Assembly (NCBI RefSeq): GCF_001194135.2
Contig: NC_068991.1
Coordinates: 60,853,880 to 60,917,879 of the forward strand
Source of the DNA: Octopus bimaculoides
Lineage: Eukaryota
Direction: 5' to 3'
Length of the DNA: 64,000 nt
The notes under the pieces are model-generated. The model was not told the origin of the DNA. It did no database searches and saw nothing but the letters and a program-made list of their open reading frames with translations. Both the position numbers and the translations under genes were made by a program. Shown here piece by piece: positions 1 through 11,451 of this stretch. Numbering within the stretch: position 1 is the first letter of the stretch; each line of letters opens with the position of its first letter.

Positions 1-562
1 AGGAGTGTGTTAATTACATAAAACAGTTGAGATATTCAATGGAAGTACAACGGCAGCAATACATGACATCACAGCATGAGTTTAACCTAGTGTGTCGCAG
101 TAGCTTCTGTTTAAGATTATTATCAATTCAGAAATCAGAAACACAAGTGAGATGTGATGAATGTTGATGCAGACTTATGACTGATTACGAAGGGAGATGG
201 CTATGTGGGTATATATAATGTAGGGGAGTCACAGCTCATGAGGTGATGTTGATGATGATGATGATGATGATGAAGAAGATGATGATGATGATGATGACTA
301 TAATAACAATAATGATGGCCATGATGATGACAACAGTGATGATAATGAAGACAGTGATAATAACAATGATTATGATGATGATAAGATGATGATGTTGATG
401 ACAATAATGATAGTGAAGACAATGATAATAACAATAATGATGATGATGATGGTGATGATGCCGGGATCATGCAAGTCCATGATCAATGATGTTTCCATCA
501 AGGACCATCCTCTCTGTTATATACAAATCTAAGACTACATTATTCGGTTCATTCACCTTATT

Positions 563-626
563 TTAACCCTTTAGTATTCAAATCATTTTGTCAAATGCAA
601 AGCTTATGTATACTTATATATATATA

Positions 627-667
<41 letters not shown>

Positions 668-1217
668 NNNNNNNNNNNNNNNNNNNNNNNNNNNNNNNNN
701 NNNNNNNNNNNNNNNNNNNNNNNNNNNNNNNNNNNNNNNNNNNNNNNNNNNNNNNNNNNNNNNNNNNNNNNNNNNNNNNNNNNNNNNNNNNNNNNNNNNN
801 NNNNNNNNNNNNNNNNNNNNNNNNNNNNNATTTAGGAAGGGCATCCAGCTGTAGAAACTCTGCCAGATCAGATTGGAGTCTGGTGCAGCCATCCGGTTCG
901 CCAGTCTCCAGTCAAATCGTCCAACCCATACTAGCATGGAAAGCAGATGTTAAATGATGATGATGATGATGATGATGATATATATATATATATACAGAGA
1001 GAGAGATTATTTTGTCAAATGTAAAGCTTATTTATTCACATTGTAGCTTTGAGATTTTGATATGATATGACTTCTAATTTTTAGGATGACATTGTAGAGC
1101 AGGTGTAAGAGGCCAGATCTGGCCAGCTTGAACATAAAACAGATGTACTATTTTAGCAGGATATGGCTGGCTTAAATGCTGAAAAGTTTAGACAGTAAGG
1201 TATGATCTAAGGGTTAA
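563..1217. mobile_element. piggyBac-like MITE (TTAA-CCCTTT...AGGG-TTAA), interrupted by microsatellite, gap and SINE 3' end
   Basis: Starts TTAACCCTTTAGTATTCA (563) and ends AAGGGTTAA (1217). Internal sequence matches the copies at 44547 and 55414. TTAA target duplication with CCC termini is the established piggyBac signature. Confidence 0.7.
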
Positions 1218-1685
1218 TTCTGCTGTTAGTGTGGAGAGTTTTCTTCATTGGTTTATTAATCAGAAGCTCAAATCCACCAAAGGTATTTCATTCTTTATCA
1301 TAGTCCTATATTGCTCTTGTCCAAGTAAATAACTATCAGAAACAGGTACTAGATTAATGTGATTTAGTCTCAGACAATAGTCATATAATTAGTCATCTAA
1401 TTGCTTGACAGTTTCAATCCCTCAATCAGCTCATGTCATGCTGTTTGGTCTCATGGTGCCTAATAAAAGAAGAAAGGTTTGGACCAATCTGGTTTAGTCT
1501 CAGAAAGCAGTTTACAAAATTGTCAAGAATAAATTTTGGATCAATCTAGTTCAGTTTCAAACATTAGTCCAACAATCGGTACACCTAACTTATAGAAATA
1601 AATACCAAATCATTCTCGTTTTGCTTCAAACTTTTGTCAGCAATCAGTTCTTTACAGCTATAGATCACTTCTTGGCAAAAGGTTG

Positions 1686-1975
1686 CATGAATGGGAGGAG
1701 AGAATGAGAGAAAGGAATGGGAGGAGGGAAAGAGAGGAGGGAGAAGGAAGAGGGAATGGGAGGAGTGAATGGGAGGGGACAGGAGGGAGAAATGGAAAGG
1801 TACAGGAGGAGGAAATGGGAGAGGGAACAAGAGTGAATGGGAGGAGTGAATGGGAGGAGAGAAAGGGAGGAGTGAATGGGAAGGAATAGGAGGAGTGAAT
1901 GGGAAGAGGGAAAGGGAAGAGTGCATGGGAAGGCAGAAGAAGAGGGAATGGGAGGAGGGATGGGAGGAACGGTGC
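1686..1975. repeat. Purine-rich degenerate minisatellite (GAATGGGAGG-based)
   Basis: Recurrent gaatgggagg/gaatgggaag units in an almost pyrimidine-free + strand. Confidence 0.85.
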
Positions 1976-2177
1976 AAAAATTGACATAGATGCAGATATG
2001 GCTTTGTAGTCAAGAAGCTCGCTTAAAAGCAAGTGGCTTAGTATTTAGTCCCAGTGTGTGGTACTTTAGGCAAGTATCTTCTTCTGTGATACTGGGCTGA
2101 CTACAGACTTGTGGGTAAATTTGGTAGACGAAAACTGGAAGGAGCCCATTGTATATATATATATATATATATATATG

Positions 2178-3317
2178 ACTACACAATATAGTAGGGTCAG
2201 TTGGGCACTGTCTGTGAGCAAAACAGCACCATGATACTATTCATTCTGCCAGAAATTTGGAAACAACATGCTGTACTACTAGGCATTCATACCAGAAGCT
2301 CCAATACGAACTTTTCAGAGTGTTTGGGTGTCAATCTGAGGACATGTACCGAAAATGATAAAAATCAAACATCCAGTCAACATCATGGTGTTTGGAGTGA
2401 TCATTAGTGATGGAGACATTATGCCTCCATTCATCTTCCCACATGGCCTCAGATTCAACACAGAAGCCTGCATCAAATGCCCAGAGGAGGTAGTGCTGCC
2501 CTGGGCCAAGAGAGTGGCAGCTGGAAAACTCCATGTCTGACAAGAGGACTCTGCACCATGTCACACAAACAGGAGAACCCAGTCATGGCTGTCAGACAAT
2601 TTCTGCGACCACATCACTCCTAACATCTGGCCACCTAACTCCCCAGACTGCAATCCCCTTGATAATTATGTGTAGGGTGCAGTTGAGTGAAAGACCAACA
2701 AAACTCCTTGTAACACCAAAAATGAACCGAAGGCAAGGATTATGGCAGCATTCACAAACTTAAACAAGGAGACCATCCAGAAGAGCTGTAGGAGATTCTG
2801 AAGTCATCTAGAGGCCATCGTCGTCGTCGTTTAATGTCCGCTTTCCATGCTAGCATGGGTTGGATGATTTGACTGAGGACTGGTGAAACCAGATGGCTAC
2901 ACCAGGCTCCAATCTGATTTGGCAGTGTTTCTACAGCTGGATGCCCTTCCTAACGCCAACCACTCAGAGAGTGTAGTGGGTGCTTTTACGTGTCACCCAC
3001 ACGAAAGCCAGTCAGGCGGTACTGGCAACGGCCACGCTCATCTCGCTCGAGAAACCTCATGTGTCACCCGCACAAGAGCCAGTCCAGAGGCACCAGCAAC
3101 GATCTCGCTCGAAAATCCTACAACAACCCCACACAAGAGCCAATTCAGGGGCACCGGCAACGATCTCGCTCGGTCGAATAAATTCATTGACTAAATTTAC
3201 TCTTTAGTATTTCAAGATATTTTTATGTAATTTTGGTAAATATATCTGTTAAAATGAGTTGTCAGTGTTATTTTCATTTTTGCGTAATTTAGATGACAGT
3301 CTATTCACCGCACCCTG
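2178..3317 (+). mobile_element. Decayed, internally deleted DD37D (maT) Tc1/mariner transposon
   Basis: Translates KHPVNIMVFGV..DGDIMPPFIFP..GLR...QEDSAPCH...WPPNSPDCNPLDY, with 37 residues counted between the second and third catalytic D. Has in-frame stops. Right end TTCACCGCACCCTG followed by TA. Confidence 0.85.
2818..3178 (-). mobile_element. RTE-tailed SINE or RTE 3' UTR ('family C', GAT/GAC tail) with three internal repeat modules
   Basis: Reverse complement ends ...CCAACCCATGCTAGCATGGAAAGCGGACATTAAACGACGACG. The same tail occurs at >15 other sites and follows RTE coding sequence at 50660-51200. Confidence 0.8.
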
Positions 3318-3986
3318 TATATATATGTATGCATGTGCATATACATATATATGTGTGTGTGTGTGTGTGGGGGGGGTATATATAACTATGTATGTTTGTC
3401 AATGTTCTTGTTCCTCACTGCTGCTTAACAACCGGTGCTGGTTGGTTTGTTTACATCCCTGTAACTTAGCAGTGTGCCAAAAAGAGTCCAACAGAATAAG
3501 TACGAAAGTTTAAAAGAGTAAGTACTGAGGTTGATTTGCTTGACTAAACCCTTCAGAGTGGTGCCCAAACAAGGCTGCTATCCAATGAGTGAAACAAGTA
3601 AAAGATAAGAGATAAAGATTCATGCATATATTAGATAAAAAAAAAAATAATTGCTAAATAATTAAAAAAAAAAAATTGAAATGCAAGATGGTAACAAAGA
3701 ACTGATGGTAATAAAATATTGTACATGAGATGACAATAAAGGAGCTAATAAAATGAGATGGTAATAAAATAAAGCTTTAAACATTAAAATGAAAGGAACT
3801 AGCAAGATTAGGAAAGGTACTTGTTAATCCTGGATTAAAAAAAAAATTGAGATATATGGAGTTTAATGTAGGGTCTGGGTAGATGTGTTTCTATAGGAAA
3901 CAGAATTGTTGAGTGGAATATCTTTGTCATCAACAACATCATCAGCATCATCTTGATAATAACAATAATAATAATAATAATAATAA

Positions 3987-4542
3987 ATGCCCGGATGCAA
4001 TACCAGGCAGTGGCTCTCATGGCTTCTGATCTTAACTGATTGGAAGTGTTATCATGTACATTGTTTTGTCTTGGTATAAAAAATGGGCTACAGCAAATAT
4101 TCTGCTCAATACCACAGATTTGCTTGTCAGTTGCTTGACCTTAACCAGTTGAGCATGTCCCTTGGTGGCTGATGATATGTGCATCTCTGATCATGAGCAG
4201 AAGTAGTGGAGGAGCATCATAGCCATGTGTTGAGGGTAATTCTTTGGGGTTTGAATAATTCGCCTTTGGAAACAAGTGTGTTTTACTCAACATCCTTAAA
4301 CAAACCTTATTCAGGGACATTTTGAGCGGAATGGGCTACTTGACCTGAAGAAAATTCTAACTGGGCCCCACCTGCGAGGTCATGCGCTGTTTATCTTGAT
4401 ATGAGATCACCATGTCACACACATATGGTTGTGATGCATGTGCCTGGTGTACCCTTATCAGACGGGTAGTCATGATGGGCATACTGGGCTTCGTATATTT
4501 TACCCTAGTGTCACTTTGATGGCAAGCACTGCTCTCTCACTC
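3987..4542 (+). mobile_element. ~556-bp non-coding interspersed repeat flanked on both sides by (TAA)n; probable non-autonomous retroelement
   Basis: End-to-end homologous to 26463-27007, with the same ATGCCC start and CTCTCTCACTC end and (TAA)n on both sides. Confidence 0.8.
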
Positions 4543-4574
<32 letters not shown>

Positions 4575-4597
4575 TAATAATAATAATAATAATAATA

Positions 4598-4803
4598 ATC
4601 CTTTCTACTATTGGCACAAGGCCAGAAATTTGGGGGAAGTTAATTTCATGGACCCCAGTATGTAACTGGTACTTATTTAATCGACCCCGAAAGGATGAAA
4701 GGTAAAGCTCACCCTGGCGGAATTTGAGCTCAGAACGCAGTGACTGACGAAATACCGCTAAGCATTTCGCCCAGTGTGTTAATGATTCTGTCAGCTTGCC
4801 ACC
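4598..4803 (-). mobile_element. tRNA-derived SINE ('family A', ATT tail)
   Basis: Reverse complement has a tRNA-like head with B-box-like GAGCTCAAATTCC and a 3' end GGCCTTGTGCCAATAGTAGAAAGGATTATT. Many sister copies in the window. Confidence 0.8.
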
Positions 4804-4818
4804 TTAACAATAATAATA

Positions 4819-4883
<65 letters not shown>

Positions 4884-5138
4884 AAAAAAAGGGAAAAGGT
4901 AAAAGAAAGCAGGGATACAGTGGCCAGTAGAACTGTTGCAAAAAAGTTTGCCTCTTTGGCTTAGCCAGAATCTTTAGGAAAGTATTAGATAATTCAAAAA
5001 GAACAGATAGCATGGTAACATAGGCTGCAGGTAGCAAGCCAATGACACATGCAAGACTCCAGGAGTTCCAGTAACCTAAGTTAAAGAAAAATAATAATAA
5101 TAATAATGATAATAATTATAATAATAATACAAAGATCC

Positions 5139-6093
5139 TGTGGGATTTTATGATTCAGTGTGACTATGAGATAGAGAATAGGAAGCCGGACATAGTCTTA
5201 ATTGAGAAAGGAAACAAACTATGCTGGATCAGAAACGAAGTCAGATGGGCAAAAGGGAAAAAAGTTAAATGGGGAAAAGAGGTACACAAAATAGTAATTG
5301 AATGCTGGCTGAGAAGTGGGTCAAATAAAAGAAGTTTCATGAAATGAACGTAGAGAATATGGGATGAAAAATGAGTTTTGAAGCATCCACCCAGTGACTG
5401 ATAGGCAAGGCAAGGACAATTTGTATGAACGACTGGATTACAGGATTAAAGGTTGAAGAAAACCAGAGAAGAATAAAAAATGAGAAGAAAGAGAGATAAA
5501 CAGCTATAGCAGAAAGCGGTAATGAAGGGGTAAAAGATGAAGAATATAGAATAAGAAGGAAATCGTTGAACGCCTGAGGTTGCTGAAGTAAATAGTGAGG
5601 TAATCTAGTTGGACAAGTGACAGTAAATGCTGCACAACACTTGAATGATAAAGTGAAGGAGATTCTAGAAATGCTGTGAGGTAAAATGTTTGATAGGAAT
5701 AATGAAGTATCACAAAATGTAAGATATATGGACTAAGGGGAAAATGTAAGGAGAGCCACAGGCAAAGTAAATGATGTCTTGAACTTGATTAGAACAGAAA
5801 ATATTAGTGAAACAAACCAGCTAATTATAGCTGCTGCCAGTGCTATAGCTGACATGGGAGGATACAATCGGAAAATTGAAGAAATGAAAGGAAATGAAAA
5901 GAAAGAATCAAACAATACATGAAGAATTGTCACAAAGGGTGATAGCGTTAAAGGCCAAACTGAAAAGATAGGATGCTAGATGTAAAGGCTTTGAATAGAA
6001 TAGACAGTTCCAATCAAATAGAAGGCATCTTTTTGAAGAAATAGAGAGGAGCCAACATCAGGAACTGATTCCGATGCAGGAGAAAGTAAAATA
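5139..6093 (+). mobile_element. R4/Dong-like (RLE-endonuclease) LINE fragments, 5' of the Tigger insertion
   Basis: 5139-5270 translates KILWDFMIQCDYEIENRKPDIVLIEK (PD-(D/E)xK RLE region). 5700-6093 translates KVNDVLNLIRTENISETNQLIIAAA...GESK, which continues at 8519. Confidence 0.7.
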
Positions 6094-8516
6094 CAGTAGA
6101 ACCTTGCAGTACGAGTGCACTATTGTGTGAATAATTTGCTGTATGAGCCGAGGCTTATGTGAGTTTTTGTATTGAAGTACAAGTGGGAATCGGAAGTACA
6201 AGTGGAAATCTGAAGTACAAGTGAGTTTCATACAAGCAACTGTTAGATGGTGTTGAACTCACACATGCTATTCTAACAAACACAGCCTCTACTTGCTCAG
6301 TTCATGCGTTTATCTCACTGTGGCAGCATTACTGTTGTGTTTTCCCCAGTGTCTTTTTTAGTTTTGTGCATTCTTTTGCCATTATTTTATAATAATTAGT
6401 TGTGTTAGCCATGGGTCCTAAGACGATTAGTGCAAAGGATAGTGCTGGGAAGAAGAAAAAGCTGATAATTATAGAATTGAAGAAGGAAATCATTGATAAA
6501 CATGAGAAAGGAGTGCGTGTAGTGGATATAGCATGTCAATATGTCTGAAGCATGTCAATGATCTGCACCATCCTGAAGAAAAAGGATGAGATCAAGGCCG
6601 TTACAACAGAAAAAGGTATCTCCAGGCTCTCCAAGCAATGCACATCTGTCCAAGAAGAGATGGGAAAATCGCTTCTGTGGATTAATGAGAAGCAACTCGA
6701 AAGGGATATGATTATGGAGACCATCATCTGGGAGAATGCATGAGCGCTGTATGGGGATCTCTGAAGCAAAACCCTGGAACATTGACAGAGGAGACATCAA
6801 CAGACGCATTTAAGGCCAGTCGCGGCTGGTTCGATAATTTCAAGAAGAGGACTGGTGTTCATGGTGTCATCAGGTGTGGCAAAGCAGTGAGTTCTGACAT
6901 GAAGGCAGCTGAGGATTTCGTGTGCGAATTCCGTCAGCTCATCGCAGCCGAGGGGTACATCACACAAAAGATATTCAACTGTGATGAGACTGGCCCTTTT
7001 TTTGAAAAAAAATGCCCCGAAAATCCAACATAACTGCAGATAAGAAGAAAATGCCAGGCCACCGGCCTATGAAAGATAGGCTAACACTTGGCACTAATGC
7101 GAGTGGAGACTTGAAGATTAAGCCACTCCTTGTCTACCATTCCAGAAAGCCAGGAGCTTCAAATCACACAAAATCCTGAACGAGATGCTGCTGGTCATGT
7201 GGAAGATAAACTTTAAAGCTTGGGTCACCAGGCAATTCTTCAGTGAGTGGGTCGACCTTTTCTTAGGACCAGCAGTGAAAAAGTATCTTCTGGAGAACAA
7301 TCTTCCTCTCAAGGCTCTCCTTATTCTCATCAATGCTCCTGCTCACACTACAAACTTCTAAGATGATATCCTGGACGAATTTAAATTCATAAAATTCTAT
7401 ACCTTTCACACAACACCACTCCTATCTTGCAGCCCATGGACCGACAAGTGATTTCTAATTTTAAGAAATTGTATACTAAATACCTGTTTTGTCGGTGCTT
7501 TGAAGTCATCAAAAATACAAATCTAACCATTCGGGAGTTTCGGAAGGAGCACTACAATATTGTAAACTGACTGAAAATCATCGATATGGCCTAGCAGTGT
7601 GTAACGAAGAGAACGCTGAATTCTACATGGAAGAAACTGTGGTTTGACTGCGTATCCGAAAGAGACTTCGAAAGGTTTGAGTTTGAGACACCTGCAGTCG
7701 AGGAGATAGTGTCTCTTGACAAGTCCATGGGTATTGAGGTTGATGATGGGGACATTAACGATCTCGTTGAGGAACACTCAGAGGAGCTGATGACAGATGA
7801 ACTCCTGCAGTGTCAGGAGCAGCATTTGGATGCAGTGGAAGAGTTTGGTTCCCCGGAGAAGAGTGTAGTGGAGAATGCTATCTCTACGAGTGACATGAAG
7901 GCAATGTTGGTAAAGTGTCAGTATGTTTTTGAATTTGTAGAAAACTATCATCCTGAAAAAGTATCTATGGGTTGTGCAGCTGCTTTATTTAATGACTCTG
8001 CTCTGGCACATTTTCATAACATTTTGAAAGGCAGGAAAAAGCAGACTTCTCTTGATATGTTTCTAATGAAACGACCTGCAAGTGTGAAAAGTGAAGAAAG
8101 CGGGTCCAAAAAGTTTAAATTAAGTGAAGTGAGAGAGAAATCACCAGAAATTGTTCTTCCTGAAGTCTTAATGGGAGGAGATTCTCTTTCCAAACAATAA
8201 TCCTCCTCATCTGTGTGCTGTCATCTTCTTCATGCACACATTGCCCCATTTTTAATGTAATTAAATTAATAAAATGAGTTTACATATTTCTTTTGCATTC
8301 TCTTTTATTATATTTTTATAATTGTCGTTTTCTTTATAACTGCACCTTTTCTGTTTTAAAACCCACAAAATTTGATTTTTGGGTGGTTTATAGGTGGTAG
8401 TGGTGGTGGTGCTGGAATGGATTAATTATAGTTTAATTAATTTCCATAGGGAAAATGGAATCGTAAAACGAGCTTGGTTATGGAAGGAATTAAACTTGTA
8501 CTGCAAAATATCTCTG
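6094..8516 (+). mobile_element. Tigger/pogo-family DNA transposon with decayed transposase (approx. 6411-8200)
   Basis: CENP-B-type N-terminus MGPK...IELKKEIIDKHEKGVRVVDIA, then ASRGWFDNFKKR, FNCDETG, NAPAH and QPMD.QVISNFKKLY, with stops and frameshifts. Left TIR CAGTAGAACCTTGCAGTACGAG, degenerate right TIR, and TA duplication at 6092-6093 and 8517-8518. Confidence 0.9.
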
Positions 8517-9340
8517 TATTTTGGGGAGAACTATGGAACAGTCCAGTGAGACATAAAGAAAGTGCAGAGTGGATAACACAGGTGGAAAGGCAACTTGCAA
8601 CTGTGCCAAGACAAAAGGGACATCAGAATCAATCTATATATAGTGAGATTGAAGTTAAAAAGAAAAACAAATTGGAAAGGATCTGGCCTTGGATTGAGTA
8701 TAAGGCTATTGGCTGAAGAACTTTACACAGTTGCATGAAAGGGTCACTGCACCAATTGGCTGAATGCCTGCAGCATGGTCATGTCCTTGCCTGGATGACA
8801 AGTGGATGGATACTGTTATGCCTCAAGGATCCCTTGAAAGGTAACTTGGCATCAAATTTTCGACCTATAACCTGTTTGCCTCTTATATGGAAGCTTATGA
8901 CTAGTGTCTTGGTGGAAAAGCTATATAATCATCCAGAAAGTAATAATCTACTTCCAGAAGAGCAGTAAGAATGCACAAAACAATGTAGAGCAACAAAGAA
9001 CCACTTATTAATTAATAAAATGATAATTAGAAATTGCAGATGCAGATTGACCGGACTAAATGTAACATGGTTAGATTACAAAGAAGCATATGACATGGTA
9101 CTGCACTGTTGAATAGGTAAAACAATGAGCATGTTTGGAATGGCAGAAAATACAGAGAAAACAGTTAATGAAAGTATAAAACTTTGGAATACTGAATTGG
9201 TTGGAGGAAAACAAACACTTGGAAAAGTGAACATCAGATGTGGAATATTTCTAGGTAATAGCTTATCTCCATTACTATTTGTATTGGCCATGATACTGCT
9301 CAGTCTGATATTGCATAAAGTTAAAATAGTTTAGTTGAAA
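8517..9340 (+). mobile_element. R4/Dong-like LINE reverse-transcriptase fragment (decayed)
   Basis: [40 protein letters not shown] and GIFLGNSLSPLLF are R2-superfamily (R4-type) RT motifs. Has stops and frameshifts. Confidence 0.85.
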
Positions 9341-9642
9341 CAGCTTATGATTTGAAAATAAGTCCCAGTTGAACACTGGGATCAATGTACTCGACTGAAC
9401 CCTCTCCTGAAATTGCTGGCTTTGTGTCAAAATTTGAAACCAATACTGGCCTAATAAACCACTGGGGTGGTTTATTAGGTAAAGCTGCTAATCTGTTCAT
9501 CTTCAAAAATATGAAGGATGAACACCAAATGTGTGAAACAGCTTGTGTGTATCTGTGTGTTTAACAAGTCATTCTCTCTCACTCAGGTGTCCATCATCAG
9601 GTAGACATCTTTTTTATCCACAAAAGAGTCTGTCATTATCAC

Positions 9643-9784
9643 ATTATAATTTTTGATAGCATCGGCCACGTTTTTCAGAGATGAACATGTTTATTTTTTT
9701 AATATTTACATCTCTGTAGATGTAAATATCAAAGAAAAATATTTCATCTCTAAAGATGACATTAATATTCTCAAAAATTATAAT
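9643..9784. repeat. Imperfect fold-back (MITE-like) with a perfect 12-bp central stem
   Basis: ATATTTACATCT-ctgt-AGATGTAAATAT core. Outer arms AGAGATGAA/TTCATCTCT and ATTATAATTTTTGA/TCAAAAATTATAAT. Confidence 0.7.
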
Positions 9785-10920
9785 CTTATTAAAAAGCAGC
9801 CCAGACATTCAGACATTTATTCCACCATTATGTTTGAGAATTTCAAAGAAATCTTTCACTTTCTTTCTTTTTCTTTCGGTTTAAGTTACAAAAATTTCTT
9901 TTAACTAAAAAAAAAATCTTCCCTGAGCTGTGAAGAGATATGACAGATATACTGTGTCTTTGAGATTATTTTGTGTGAAAGTGGTAAGCAAAAATACTGG
10001 GAGTATAATGTTTGAAATATATGTTGCTGTCATGGAGTGTTATTGTATCCCTGGGTGGGGTAACATGTACATCTCTTCTATAGCAAGACACCTGTGCTTG
10101 TCCTTCAATCATACATTAACCTCTCAACACCTGACATAAAACCACTACAACCCCTCCCAAGTACAGACATAATTCACCTCAATATAGAGGCAATACTGAA
10201 TTTCATTCCTATTGCAGAGAAGCTATCTATTTTTAGGACAGGTAACATTTCAAAGAGGAGAGCTATCTCTCATCTGCTGAACACAACAAATTCCAAATAA
10301 CAGCCAGCTTTGTAACTAAAGAACAGAAAAGAATGAAATCTATATACCAAAAAACAATTGTTTTGGTGTGTCTGGATGCTTTTCTTTTTACCTTTCTGCA
10401 GAGCAGCAGTTGTTAAATTTGAACTCATGGGTTTTGTTTCAAAGAATTTCGTTTAAGCTTTTCACCGAATAAGATAGAAATCCATGTAATAGAGCGCTGG
10501 AAGATGACAATGATGATGATGATGATGACATTGTTGTCATCTTCTTCACCACCACCACCAACATCATTGTTTTAATGTCCATTTTTCCATACTCGCAAGG
10601 AACAGGTGGAATTCCTTGAGGCAGATTTTCTATAGCCAGATGCCCTTCCTGGTGGTAATGATTTGTTGGCAAGCAAGCTAATATTTTCCCATAGCCAGAC
10701 ATGTTTTCACAGCAGATGAGAAACAATGACACCACGTGTACGACAGTAATGGTCGCACACACACATGCACGCAGTCAAAAGGTGAGAGCTAAAGATGGTC
10801 AATGTAGAAAACATGTTGTAGTGCTCAAATGATTTGAACTCTGAAATTTTTATGGAGGACTAGGTCCATGGTATAAAGGATAGCTATAAAAGAAGTCCAG
10901 GTGAGATGATATGGAGATAG

Positions 10921-11165
10921 TCATCATCATCATCATCATCGTTTAACGTCCGCTTTCCATGCTGGCATGGGTTGGATGGTTTGACTAAGGACTGGCAAGC
11001 CAGGAGGCTGCATCAGACTCCAATCTGATCAGGCAAGGTTTCTACAGCTTGATGCCCTTCCTTATGCCAACCACTCCAAGAGTGTAGTGAGTGCTTTTTA
11101 CATTCTACTGGCATGGTAGCCAGTCAGGCAGCACTAGCACCAACCACAATGATTTCAATTGACTC
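10921..11165 (-). mobile_element. RTE-tailed SINE (family C)
   Basis: (CAT)n followed by CGTTTAACGTCCGCTTTCCATGCTGGCATGGGTTGG, the same family as 2818-3178. Confidence 0.8.
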
Positions 11166-11252
11166 AACAAGTCTTCTCAAACAATTTCTCTTAATGCTAC
11201 AGGTCCTGCAGATAAACAGAATTAGGCTTAATATATATAAATATACATACAT

Positions 11253-11341
<89 letters not shown>

Positions 11342-11404
11342 AAGTAAACACACATGTGCATATATTGAGTTTTTTTACCTGTAATTTTGGATTTTGTCCC
11401 TAAT

Positions 11405-11451
<47 letters not shown>

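Larger units (their letters stand above)
2008..3620 (+). mobile_element. tRNA-derived SINE ('family B', central TA/TG microsatellite) split by a maT insertion
   Basis: The 5' half (2008-2178) and 3' half (3319-3620) each match the contiguous copies at 36091-36475 and 59612-59995. Confidence 0.75.

Noticed and set aside
201-470. His/Ser-rich ORF, and the many poly-Asn, poly-Ile, poly-Arg, YI/HT/CV-repeat ORFs across the track
   Set aside because: They are translations of (GAT)n, (AAT)n, (GAA)n, (TA)n and (CA)n microsatellites or N-gaps, with no splice or homology support.
4169-4215. CTGATGA in the (TAA)n-flanked element (also ~26645) as a possible hammerhead
   Set aside because: There is no stem II closing onto a GAAA core and no suitable stem III or cleavage triplet.
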